A stretch of DNA of 64,000 nucleotides from Leucoraja ocellata (Eukaryota). The DNA is taken from positions 1,302,001 to 1,366,000 of the forward strand of contig JAWMAR010000350.1 in NCBI GenBank assembly GCA_036785375.1. Direction: 5' to 3'. Of this stretch, positions 25,719 to 37,386 are shown in pieces. A program made the translations under genes and the position numbers. Position 1 is the stretch's first letter. The number at the start of each line of letters is the position of its first letter. A model generated the notes under the pieces. It ran no database searches. It was given only the letters and a program-made list of their open reading frames with translations, and was not told where the DNA came from.

Positions 25719-25759
25719 TGTGTGTGTGTATGTGTGTGTGTGTGTGTGCGTGTGTGTGT
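25719..25759. repeat. (TG)n/(CA)n microsatellite in the predicted exon 1A 5'UTR
   Basis: Directly visible. Confidence 0.95.
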
Positions 25760-26039
25760 TGTCGGCTCCGGATAATTTGACTCTTCCGCTACCCCGTCGC
25801 GTCTTTGGTGCTGCCCATTGATCCGAAACTAAACGTTTTAGGTGGAGAAAAGGCTCTGAACAAACCGTGAAATGATTAAGGAACTAAAAGAGCTCGCTAC
25901 ATGTGAGATCATGTCCTGTTCGCTTTAAAAAAAATCGCCAAGTCCCTAGACGCAGCGAAAAGAAAGTAAAACTCTCACATCTGCCAGACAAACACTCTGG
26001 CATACCTATCGCTTTCTGTAACTTTGGGATTCTCTCTTT

Positions 26040-26130
26040 TGCCTGCAGTCTCCACTCTGTGAATGTTTATAACGCCTGGCATTGACAAATGCTTGCACTA
26101 GAGGATCTGTATGGATGGCGATTCTGAACC
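26040..26130 (-). promoter_or_regulatory. Putative TATA-containing Pax5 exon 1A promoter
   Basis: Minus strand reads ...gcaagcatttgtcaatgccaggcgtTATAAAcattc (TATAAA at 26071-26066), about 410 bp upstream of the 1A ATG. The mammalian 1A promoter is known to contain a TATA box. Confidence 0.6.
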
Positions 26131-28900
26131 ACCGCATCACACGCCGATTCAAGCACCACTCTCTAACATTGAATAATTAAAGTCCTTTCTCACCATTTCA
26201 CTCTCTAACCTTCCTTCCTCAAATTGGCACAAAAACATTAGGTAGTTTTATCTGTACCCGGGGAGAGAATTGGAGACACCCCCTCCTACTCTTCCCCACC
26301 CAGAAGCGACACCTTTTAGCGCACAGTTTTTTCCGATTTCTTCTTAAATACGGCGCTACTGTTTACAATTTTGTGTCGAATTGACTCTTATTGGGAGTGG
26401 GAACATTAAAAAAAACAATCGCTCATCAACCGTACCCCATCGTCCTACAGTTGTACTCATTTGACATTTTCTAATATCAAATGAACTTTGCTCCGGTTAT
26501 TGTCACATTTTTTAAATAAAATATTGACTGATTACTGTATCCATGGTTAGAAATTGGCGGAGCGAATACACTCGGCCATATTTCTGTCTGTAACTTATGT
26601 TGAAATAATATCAAAATTGGAGCACGAAAAATGTGCAGCATTTGCCAGTGCCGGCGGAATGGACTTTTCCCACAGGCAGTTCAGATGTTCATTTCCCGTT
26701 GCACTTAACCTTTAACCGGTGACCGCAATACAACTTTACGGAAGTTTTAAATACTAATTGATTCGTGTCAATGGGAAGGTCTCGTTGAAATTCAACTACC
26801 AACTTCAAATACCAAGTCAAGTGAATTTACACGATTCCGCCTGTCTCATATATACGTTTGGATTTTGTTTATACATGCTTATATCATCTTGCAAGAACGC
26901 AATTGAATTAAATAAAACCTGGAGTTACAGAAACCTGGATCACTTTGACAACGCCTGCAGCTTTGATTTCCTCCATATATTTTACAGATTAACACCATCA
27001 CCACATTTGGTCAAACTCACATTTAAGCAATACTACGTCCTAGCTTTTGTTTGGGAATGACCACACGAGAAAGCTCAAGGCATGGTTTATAGCATACATT
27101 CAACATCAGTATTGGACTTGTATATCTCCAACTGTTTTTTTTTAACATATTGTTTGTTTGTTTTTAAAGCCTGAATAACCGGTATAAAAGTCCATGGTCA
27201 AAAACTATAATTATTGTCTTAATCCTAACGGATTTCAGTCCGAAAAATGAATTATCCGTTTTGCAGAAATGTTTGGAGTGTCTATGATGTTCAGTTTAAC
27301 GAGTTTCTGAAGTGGCCTCGGCTTACAGATGAAATGCAAGGAACATACAATGCCTAATATAATGTTGCATTAGATACAATATAACCTGCATGGAGGAAAG
27401 TGTCGCCAATGTTTCTCATATAAGCATATATTCAAAATTACTGTAATAAAATAATTTTGTTTATGTTTTTCATCATATATTTAAATATTTGTGTTCATTC
27501 ATAGACCAAATCATGTGAGTTTAGTTAGACAGGGTCGCTTTTTACATATGGATTACCTGAAATGCTTTAATAAGTAAATTAATACCTTCAAATTATCATG
27601 AAAAACTTTTGGACAACTGACGTAGAATTGGACTGTTTGCAAGTTTATGAAATAACTAAATATTCACATGAAAATGTATGCACTATATCAAATACACACA
27701 TTCAGATCACCGGAAGCCCAATTTGGAAATTTTGATAAATGCAAAGTACCTAAACATCTATTTAAACGTACATTTTTAAATATCGGAAGCAATCATTCAA
27801 AATAATATGAAATAATTTCAATTCCTTTGTTTTAGGATCATTCGCAATTCTACTAAAGGCTAATTCAACCTAATGCACAAGGTCGCTAATATTTTATTTT
27901 TGGATAAGGGGCAATTTAATGAAGTGGGGGTAAGTGTTTACTTAAAAGTTAAATTGGACCCCTCGCAGTTAACCCGGAACATAATAAATAATCATGCCTA
28001 GTGCACTTTTATTGTGAAACAAATACCCTATGTGTCTCCAGAGTTACACGCTTCCACGGTGTACAAACAAATCCGGATCCTGAAGCGTTCTTAGATTTTT
28101 GGTTCTGCTCACAAAACACGAACATTAATTTGATCAAGTAAATATATAGAGAATATCCCTTGAAATAAGTTATTCAATTCCACATTTCACGCAGTTAATT
28201 TTTAATTTGGTATTCGATATTTGTGCCATATTTCTTCAATTGTGATCACCTGTTTTAGCTAAATATTCAAAATATTACTTTGCCAATGTCTGGAATGTGA
28301 TTAATAACAAGTTGTGCATCATTAGCCCACACTGCATTAAATGTATCGTGTATACTAACATCTTGACAGATATCAGAGTGCAGTAATTATATGAAATCAT
28401 TGCCATCGCTGCTCCTTTCAATTCACTAATATGTTGTGTGAAACAGGCCCCACAGCTAACCTTTGCGAGCATTATTTATAGTTGTATTAATAATGTTGAC
28501 TTCATTAAATATACCAGGTGTTCATATGTGTGTGTATGTGTGTGCGTGTGTGTATTATACATGTATATGCTTTCTCATTTTTACATTTCTTCAATGCAGT
28601 AGTTTGTAGTTTACAACTTTCATACACTTCAATTTATTTTCATAACTTTCAATATACAAGTTGACTAAATCTAAGTGCTCACAATTAGCCATGTTATGGT
28701 GTTCGATAAAACCATACGGATTCATCAGCAATCCCGGTTCTTCCTTCGGTTGTGTGATATCGGTTAACACTTCCGCAATAAACCTCCAGCTAACAATAAA
28801 AGGTTATGAAAATATATTTAGCTGACATTTATTTCAAATATTTTGATGTACGCACATTTCTCCAGTTATTTGGTAAAATAAAAAAAACGAAGTGATGGAG

Positions 28901-28972
28901 CAAACGTCACATATTCCTTCGCTCCATAGATGCTGCCTCACCCGCTGAGTCTCCAGCATTTTTGTCTACCTT
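28901..28972 (+). mobile_element. Truncated Penelope terminal-repeat-derived element
   Basis: 'aaacgtcacatattccttcgctccatagatgctgcctcacccgctgagt' is the body of the 8926-9012 repeat without the CTGAAGA core. Confidence 0.7.
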
Positions 28973-31650
28973 TTACTTTTATGTGATGTACTTTCTTGAT
29001 TACAAATACTGACGACTATTAAAATAAACAGGTCTTTAATATGTTATTGATTCAGAGCGGTTTGCGCAATTGGACGGAAATTGTGGCCGATCTGTATTTG
29101 CGAAGTCCTGAATTCAGAGCTGACAAATGCCGTGTTTCACTTGGAATTCAACAATGAGTGCCAATCGCCAGGACCACACAACCTGTCACATATATCTTCA
29201 ACTACTTCTCAAAATCACTTCCTTATTTCTTCCGATACTTCGTGTAGTTTCAAAAAGTACCACCGATCCACTGATTTAGGCGCTAATATAACCTTTGATC
29301 TACTACAATGTTTCCATTGGAGTTTTTCCTGACATAAACAGAACCAGAGGTGATAATTATAAGTAGAATATGTAGATTTACATCGCTCCAAAAACAATCA
29401 CCGAACCGGTGTCACCTGAAGTTGACAGCTGGAATAACCTATTGTACTCAGTCAATAAACAGCTAGGAGGAATTAGCAGTTTAATTGATAACTTACGGTT
29501 CCGTGAAAACAAAATTGGCGTATATACTGTCCAGGTTATTTTAAGGCGAATATTCTCTACATTTGTTGATGCTGGAATGTCTTCATTTTAAGTTGTAAAC
29601 ATTAGCCTTTAAAAAAAAAGCTATGTTTAGGGTTCTGAATTACCCTTTATATCTTTAACAATGAAATAGATCAACAGAATGAATATTAGTTTGAAGCTCG
29701 TCATTTAAATATTTTACTTTGTCAAAATGTAAATGCTATGTGGACAGAAGTTAACATTCAATGTTCTATAGTTGATGCATCTAATGCTACTGATTCACAA
29801 GGCGTTCGCCCACACAAAACGTTTCGGTGCATTTACTCTCAAAGGTACTATCAAAATATTGCACCTGTTAGATTTTTACGCTTTTGAAACCAGAACTCGG
29901 GATTTCAGGGGAAATCAGTTGGCGTTAAAACTCAGAACATCTCAACATCTTCTGTAAACAGTGGATCCAAGATTATATATATTCCCAAAACGTAAAATAG
30001 AATTTATTTTTAAAACATTGATATATGTGCACGTGTTAGCTTTCCACCAGATTAGACAATTTAGCAATCTGGTTCCTCGGTCTCCAGTGACACATACTTC
30101 TGGTGATACTTAGCGCTCAGAATTCGTTACATGGGAATCAATGACGAAGTCAAGAGAAATGTTCTTGTTTGAATGTGTTGCCTTTCTATGATGGCATTAA
30201 TTAATATATGCATATCGACTGGTCGCTGATCTGTTGTACTTAATAAGGCACGAAATGGAAATTGCATTATTTATTATAAATAGCTCAAACATATTGTACA
30301 GCGTTGCAAGACAACGAACGATAAAGCATTAATGTAAATATAATATGTTTTAAAAATGTTTATTTCCTGTCCATCAGTTAAAACAAAGTTGACAGCAGAT
30401 CAAATATGCAAAAAAAACATGATTGTCCAAGAAAATGTGAGGCAAAATGTCATTTACTATTAAATGAGTTACAAAAACTTAAAAGGAAATGTCATAAGGA
30501 TAAAGTACTTGGGCAAATAATAAGATTAACAAATAAATGTTAAATAGACAAGCACGCGAGCGTTTAGATCAAGGCACTTGGTTAAACAGTGATCCACCAA
30601 TCAATCAATCACCAAACTAAATAATGTCACAAACTGGAGAGAAAAACCGATCGGAAAATAAATCGAATGGAGGTAATTGAGCTTTAATTCTGTGATTTAA
30701 AGCTATACACCGCACAGGGAAATACACCTGTCCAACGCAAATTCATGAAATAATACGGAAAATTAAAAACAAGTTTAATCCCTTTTACAGTAGAAAGTAA
30801 ATCTCTCATTTTTTTCAAGGTGTCCATCCCTTTCTTCCCTCCTCATGGCCTCTGCTCGGTTCCCCTTGTGTGTTGGCTAAATCGTAGTGAGAGCATGGGC
30901 ACTTTTTCCATTATTAGGTGAAATCTTCACACTGCAAAATATCCACAAAGAGTTATATATATATATTTTTAAATATCTTCCTCTGTAACTATCTTTCATT
31001 AAGCTAATCGCTGAAAAGAATTATCAGCTTTCCATTAAATTCATGTGCACATAGATATTTAAGAACATTTGGCTGTAAAGAAAAAAAGGTGGTATATGAA
31101 GTGCAGAAATAGAAAAAAAAACTTACAGCACCTTTCACTTTCCATCAATAACAGCAATGTCGTCATATTTTGTGTTGGTGTTTGTGGGGGAATAAATTAT
31201 GTTTACTGGACTGAACTGTCGGCGTGACGGTTCAGTGTCCGTTCTGAAAGAAGCCTCCAGCAACAATGCAGCACCCCCTGAGCTCTGAATATGGAAATAC
31301 CAGCCAATACCTGTTAGTTACATGCTCAGGTACCCAGCAAAAACATGGAATGCTAAAATAAACAGAGAGTGAAAGCTTGGCTATTCTGAAGATTTTCTGC
31401 AAAGTGCCAATTATATCAGACATCCTTAAACACAATTTAAAGTTATCTCAGTTGTAATTTATTAGAACATTGATCTTATAAAGATTCTCTCAGCTATTAT
31501 CGGGATGGGACATTTCGGCTCTTAGTTTTCAGGTTTTTTTTTCCTTTCCCAGTCAGCCCACTAGTTAAAAGACTGGATCGGCAATTCGTTTCCAGACCAT
31601 TTCGAAATAATCGCTGGCAGATACCAAAATCTCACTGTCCTCTGATTTTT

Positions 31651-31653
<3 letters not shown>

Positions 31654-31691
<38 letters not shown>

Positions 31692-31712
31692 GTGTGTGTG
31701 TGTGCGTGCGCG
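31654..31712. repeat. (GT)n/(GC)n microsatellite
   Basis: Directly visible alternating purine-pyrimidine tract. Confidence 0.95.
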
Positions 31713-34139
31713 CCCATGGTACCTACGATCGTCACTGTTTTGCGTGGGGTTAGTGCTTTAGGAATGTTGAACTCCAAGTGACAGGCGAACACTTCATAGC
31801 ATTGGTAGTAATAAATCACCGTGCTGCCTTCACCTTCAATATGATAACATCTTAATATAAATGTAACGAAAAACGAACAAAGGCAACAGTTTCTCGAGTT
31901 AAGCAGTAAAATCGTTAATATTCGCACATGTACTCAGAAGATCATCCGTATAACTAGTGTCTCTGCCCCTTACAAAAAGCCCAATAAATAAACATTTTTG
32001 AATTTTACCGACCAAGGAATTTCAGTGGAGTGTGCTATGATTTCATCCCAAGTCTGTAAGCTTCAATGAACACAGAAAGTATATTTCACAAATATTTATT
32101 ATGTAACCGATTTGAATTGATTTGGGGAGAAATATTTTGTTAACTTCGAAGCGTATTCCGTACACGATTTGGCTTATGTCACAACTGGCTGGAAAACTAA
32201 ATCAAATAGTTCCAATGGTTGACTTTTGACCCGTGGGTAGGTGTAACGTAGCTTTTTAAGCACGCTGCAGACAGGCACATATAGACTTAATAAAAAATAA
32301 ATACACTTTACTACAATTTACTATTCAGTAAATATTAAGATACTAATAGATGAACATTCCTATTTTACGCACTGGATGACAAAGAACAATTAAAGTCGGA
32401 TGTCATAAGATCTTAACACACTTGTTCTATTGTTTTCATATATTTCGCATTCTTTCCTTAGAAATAAAGGTGATGTGGTGGGCTTCACTGGGTGATTGAC
32501 AATCCGACCGATAGCGACGTGAACACACCTCACGGTCCGGTATCCAGCTTTACAGCAATCAGTAGGGTGTTTCGTCCTTTAACGCAGGAAGATTTTACGA
32601 ACCCTCACTCCACATAAGGGTGTGGTGGAGGGGGGAGGGGATGTTGCTACCTAACTCCACGGAATAGTAGTATCCCATTGATTATAACGTAGAACTCAGA
32701 CCCCCGCCGTCGGTCTCTTGTTCATCGAGATTGCACCTTGATTCAGGATGGAAATAACATCCTTGAGCCTAAGACGCTATCAAGAGGTCAGGTGATACCA
32801 CAAATGACACTAGTCAAGCTTGTGGTTTTCATTAACATTACCTGAAACATAAGGTTAGATTTACAATTTAGAAGTCACTCGTGTGTAGTTGCTTATTTTA
32901 ATATATATACTCTGCCGAGATAATAAAGGACATTTTATTTCATTGTGTTCCTTCCTTGTTGCAAATGAGGAATATGTAAGATGTTGACATCCACACATTT
33001 CAAGCCATTAGTTGAAAACATTTTTAATGATGAGCATCCAGGCAATGTCCTTATGGTTTGCTAAATAACAACCCACAACCCCCTGATAGAATCATAGAAA
33101 TTGCCATCAAATATGAACATGTAAGATAATTTTGGTCCCCAGATCCTATTTTTTAAACAAACCATTTTTCCATCATCAGAAAACTTGCTGACCCAACTTA
33201 TCTCTGAATTCCAACAAAATTCAAATTCCAAGTGATTTTGATTGTGTTTAAATCTTTTTACGGACCATCTTCTCCTTTTTCTATAACCATTTTCTGTCCA
33301 TCAACCTCCAGGTTTCCAACCCTAACTTTCGGATTTGCCTTTGTACATATCGGAGCTTACCTATTTACACATCCATCTTCAAAACTGCTTGATAATCCAT
33401 ATCTCCATACATTTCAGTTTGTGAAGTCAAAGCTGGCTCACAAAACAATGCTCTTTAAAATACATCTCTTTCATCGTGCCTTTTTCATCTATTGTAATAT
33501 AGATTTAATGGGATGCTGTTCGAGTAGGTACAGATCTGTCTATATTATACCAAGCAGCAGTCCAGTTGTGCACAAATGTACTACTGTTTAACTTAGGTAT
33601 GCAGCAGAGTGGCGAAATGCATCTCACATGCACTAACTGCAACTTCAAAGGGTTTTAAAAATATTGGCATAGCACTGTGCAGTGCAAGAAAATTTGAACA
33701 CCAAACCTATCTTGGACCACTTCTCAGATTTTACTCTTATTAACATTTGGATGAATGAGTTATACGTGGCAGTTCAAGGCTAATGATGGTGATTAGCACA
33801 GTTATCATCAATGACAATGGATAGGTAACAAGTGTGTCCAGCATCCTGATCAATGACTGCAATAAAAAAGGAGCAAATTGTCAACTGCAAGCTATTTTCC
33901 GATAAAAATGTTTATTTTCTGAAAGTCCTCTAATTTTGTTGTTGGAATGATCTCAAGTCATAATAGGGCACACTGTAAATATTGCAATTATTTCAGAATT
34001 CATGATCAGGTAACTAATGGATCTTTTGTTTCCCCTTTCCTCTCTCCACTATTTAGTATAATTTCTCCCAATGTCCACGGATACAGAAAATAATTTGGCT
34101 CATTTAGCCAGTGGTGATCCATGGATCCACATTGAAAGA

Positions 34140-34720
34140 ATAAGACTTGTCCTGGAGAGAGAAACAAAAATAAACGTTTCAGGTCAACGAATCATTATCA
34201 TAACGTTATTAATGCAAGTACAGAAGGAGAGAAAGAGAGAACAAAATAAGACATCTGTGAAAGTCTGGAAGGCTGGATAAGTTGAATGACAAATGGGATG
34301 AAGGTTCAAGATGAAAGAATAGTAAGGGACATCTGAAGAAAGAAATTATTGTTCAAGAGACTGTAAATTGGAGAGTTATGAAATTGTTTCTTTTATGATA
34401 TTGTGTTGAATCAGAAAACTGTACCCTAAGCATAGATGAGATGCTGTGGCTCCAGCTTATGTTAAACTTAACTGGAACAGCAGAACGTCAAGGGCAGAGC
34501 AGAGTGTAGGGAGAATTAAATGACAGACAATGTCAACATTCAAGTTCATGTTGCAGATTGAATGAGGCCATTTCACTAAGCAACCACTCAGTTGGCTTGG
34601 CCAGTAAATATTGTTGAAGGAACTACATGTAAATGGCTGTTTCACCAGGAAGCAAAGTTAGGAGCCTGCAAACAATGATGTAAAACTATAGGTCTGGCAG
34701 TTGCTTGGAAAATTAGGTGG
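34140..34720 (-). mobile_element. Very degenerate Penelope-like fragment
   Basis: Loose similarity to 2270-2545 ('ctgtaccctaagcatagatgagatgctgtggctccagctt'). Confidence 0.4.
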
Positions 34721-35879
34721 TAGGATGAACACAAAAAACATAGGAACACATGGAAGCTATCTCTTCACAACTGATCTGCCCAGGTTTCAATTCATCTTCA
34801 GTGGCAGCCCCCTTAGCCCCTTTCCCAATCTTTTAAAGATTATCTACTTCCTTTCTAAATACACCCAGTAAGATTCCTTCCACAATTTCTGAGGTAGAGA
34901 ATTTTAGAGATTTACTGTACACTGTGAGAAGATATTCCTATCACCTCAGTTTTAAATGGCTAGCCCTTTATCTTACAATCGTGCCCTTCTTTTGAAACTA
35001 TCCCACGAATGGAAGCATCGCAAACATCTCAAGACCCATTACCATCTTAAATATTTCAACAAACCAAACCTGATTAGCCTTCCTTGATATAACAATTCTC
35101 TAATCTTAGGAATGAATGTGGTTTTGCATTGCCTCTAATGCATAAAAATCTTTTCTTAAATAAGACCAAAATTGTACAGAGTAGTCCAGGTGTAGCCTCA
35201 TCGCCACACCCAGTTTAATTGTAACACTACTCCCCTATTTTTAAATTCCAACTCATCTAAAATAAAGGCCTATATGCCATTTTCCTTTCTATTGACTTTC
35301 TGCATCTAAATAGTAACCTTTTTTGATACAAGCACAAGAATACCCTAGACCCCTTTATACTCCACTCATTTGAATCCTCTCTCCATTTAGACAATTGCCT
35401 TTTGATTATTGTTACCTCATATTTTTCTATATTAAATTCCAGTTGCCACGAGTTAGTAAATAATTGAGAACCAAAGACTGGTCCTTGGAGAACTCCATTA
35501 GTTATGTTTAGTTTAGTTTAGTTGTGTTAGTTTGTGTGATAGTCTGGGCTGCATATTGACCAGTTATTATATTCTCAACAGACTAGCAAATTTGTAAAAC
35601 ATGATTTCCCTTTCATAAAATCATGTTGACTTGCTAAGTTTTTCTATTTTAATAGACACTAGACTAAGTGGGAGCCGTTGGGTCCCAGCCACACGGGAGG
35701 CCTCCACGCAACCAATTCCCCAACGCAATATTCCACCACTCACCAGTTCCCCCAACGCAACCCATTCCCCAACACAATATTCCACCACTCACCCATAGTC
35801 CCTAACTGCGCAGGTGCGGCTCATTTCCCCTCATACCTGAGCACACCCTCCCCTTGCTCTTCATGTGTGGAAGGGAAGT

Positions 35880-36600
35880 AGGGCGTGTGGCGGGGGGGTG
35901 GGGGGGGGGGGGGTAGGAGGGAAGGAGGTGTGTGTGTGGATGGGGAGGTGTGGGGGGGGTAGGGTGGTATTGGGGGGGGGGGGGTGTTGGGGGTGTGTGG
36001 TGGGGGTGGGGGTGTGGGGTGGGGGGGGAGGTGAGTATGTGGGTGGGAGAGGTGTGGGGGGAGGAGGGATGTGGGGGAGGTTGTATGGGGGAGTGTGTGT
36101 ATGGGAGGGGTGTGTGTGTGTGTGGGGGGAAGGGTGTGCGGGCGGAGGGGTTGTGGGGGGGAGCAGTGTGTGAGCGGGGGAGCGGTGTGTGGGGGGTTGT
36201 GGCGGCGGGGGGGGGTGTTGTGGGGGTGGGGCGATGTGTGGGGGGAGAGGGGTGTGTGGGTGGCAGGGTGTGTGGGGGGTGTGGGCAGCGGGGTGGTTGG
36301 GGGTTGTGTCGGCAGGGTGTGTGGGGGGGGGGTGGCTGTGTGTAGGGTGTGGGTGTGTGAAGGAGGGGGGGTTGTGGAGGCAGGGGGGGTGGTGGGTGGG
36401 GGTTGTGTGGTTGGCGGGATGTGTGGGGGTGTGTGGGGGTGTGTGTGGCGGGTGGGTGTGAGTGGGTGGGGTTGGGGTGTGGGCGGGGGGAGAGGGGGAG
36501 AGGGGTGTGTGGGTGGGGGGAGTGATCTTGGATAAAAGATGGGGGAAGAGCCATGGGGGAGAGGGGGGCACCATGGGGGAAGGGGGAGGAGCCGGAGGGA
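35880..36600. repeat. G/GT-rich low-complexity tract
   Basis: Continuous G runs interspersed with TG. Source of the spurious Pro- and Gly-rich ORFs. Confidence 0.92.
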
Positions 36601-36709
36601 TAATGGCTGGAATTGACGGTGAGATGGGAACTCACAGCGGGCGTTGGTCGCTGGTCGTTCTCCTCTGCCGGGATCAGAGTCTCCGCTTTCCATTAGGTGA
36701 CATCGGCAA

Positions 36710-36932
36710 CATCTCCGACTCCGGGCTGGGCTGGGTTTCCGACTCTGGGCTACGTCTCCGACTCTGGGCTGGGCTGGGCTGGGTCGGGTCTCCGACACAG
36801 GGCTGCTGCTTGGCTGTGCAGCTGCTTGGGGCTGGGCTGTTGCTTGGGGCAGGGCTGCTGCTTGGGACAGGGCAGCTACTTGGGACGGGGCAGCTACTTT
36901 TGGCGGGGCTGCATGGGGCAGGGCTGGGCTGC
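36710..36932. repeat. Minisatellites: 'ctccgactctgggct' units and an about 18-bp 'gctgcttggggcaggg'-type unit
   Basis: About 4 copies of tccgac(t/a)c..gg at 36713-36801. About 6 copies of gc(t/a)gct(g/a)cttggg(g/a)c(a/g)gg at 36805-36930. Confidence 0.8.
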
Positions 36933-37214
36933 TTCGGGTCCCTCCGAAAGTCCGGTTGGAAACCTCCACCGGCCATCCTCAGCTACAGTAAAGACGCGAT
37001 GGCGCAGGAAGGGGTGGACCGTCCCGGGGAGTGACAGGGGACGAGACTAATCCACGCGGCCCATGGTTTTAAAGATTTTTAAACCTCGCTAACTTTTACG
37101 ACATTCAACCGATCGGAATGAAACTTGCAACATAGGAGAACGGTGAGTGAACTGGCGAAAATCGTAGCGCTTTCGCGAACCGTTTTTGCGCAAATAGAAA
37201 GACCGCCAAACTGG

Positions 37215-37386
37215 NNNNNNNNNNNNNNNNNNNNNNNNNNNNNNNNNNNNNNNNNNNNNNNNNNNNNNNNNNNNNNNNNNNNNNNNNNNNNNNNNNNNNN
37301 NNNNNNNNNNNNNNNNNNNNNNNNNNNNNNNNNNNNNNNNNNNNNNNNNNNNNNNNNNNNNNNNNNNNNNNNNNNNNNNNNNNNNN
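37215..37386. other. Assembly gap (172 N)
   Basis: Run of N. Confidence 1.

Noticed and set aside
35802-37050. Long Pro/His/Thr-rich and Gly/Val-rich ORFs (up to 382 aa) on both strands
   Set aside because: Produced by stop-poor G-rich low-complexity and minisatellite sequence inside a Helitron. Open in many frames at once, with no domain signature.
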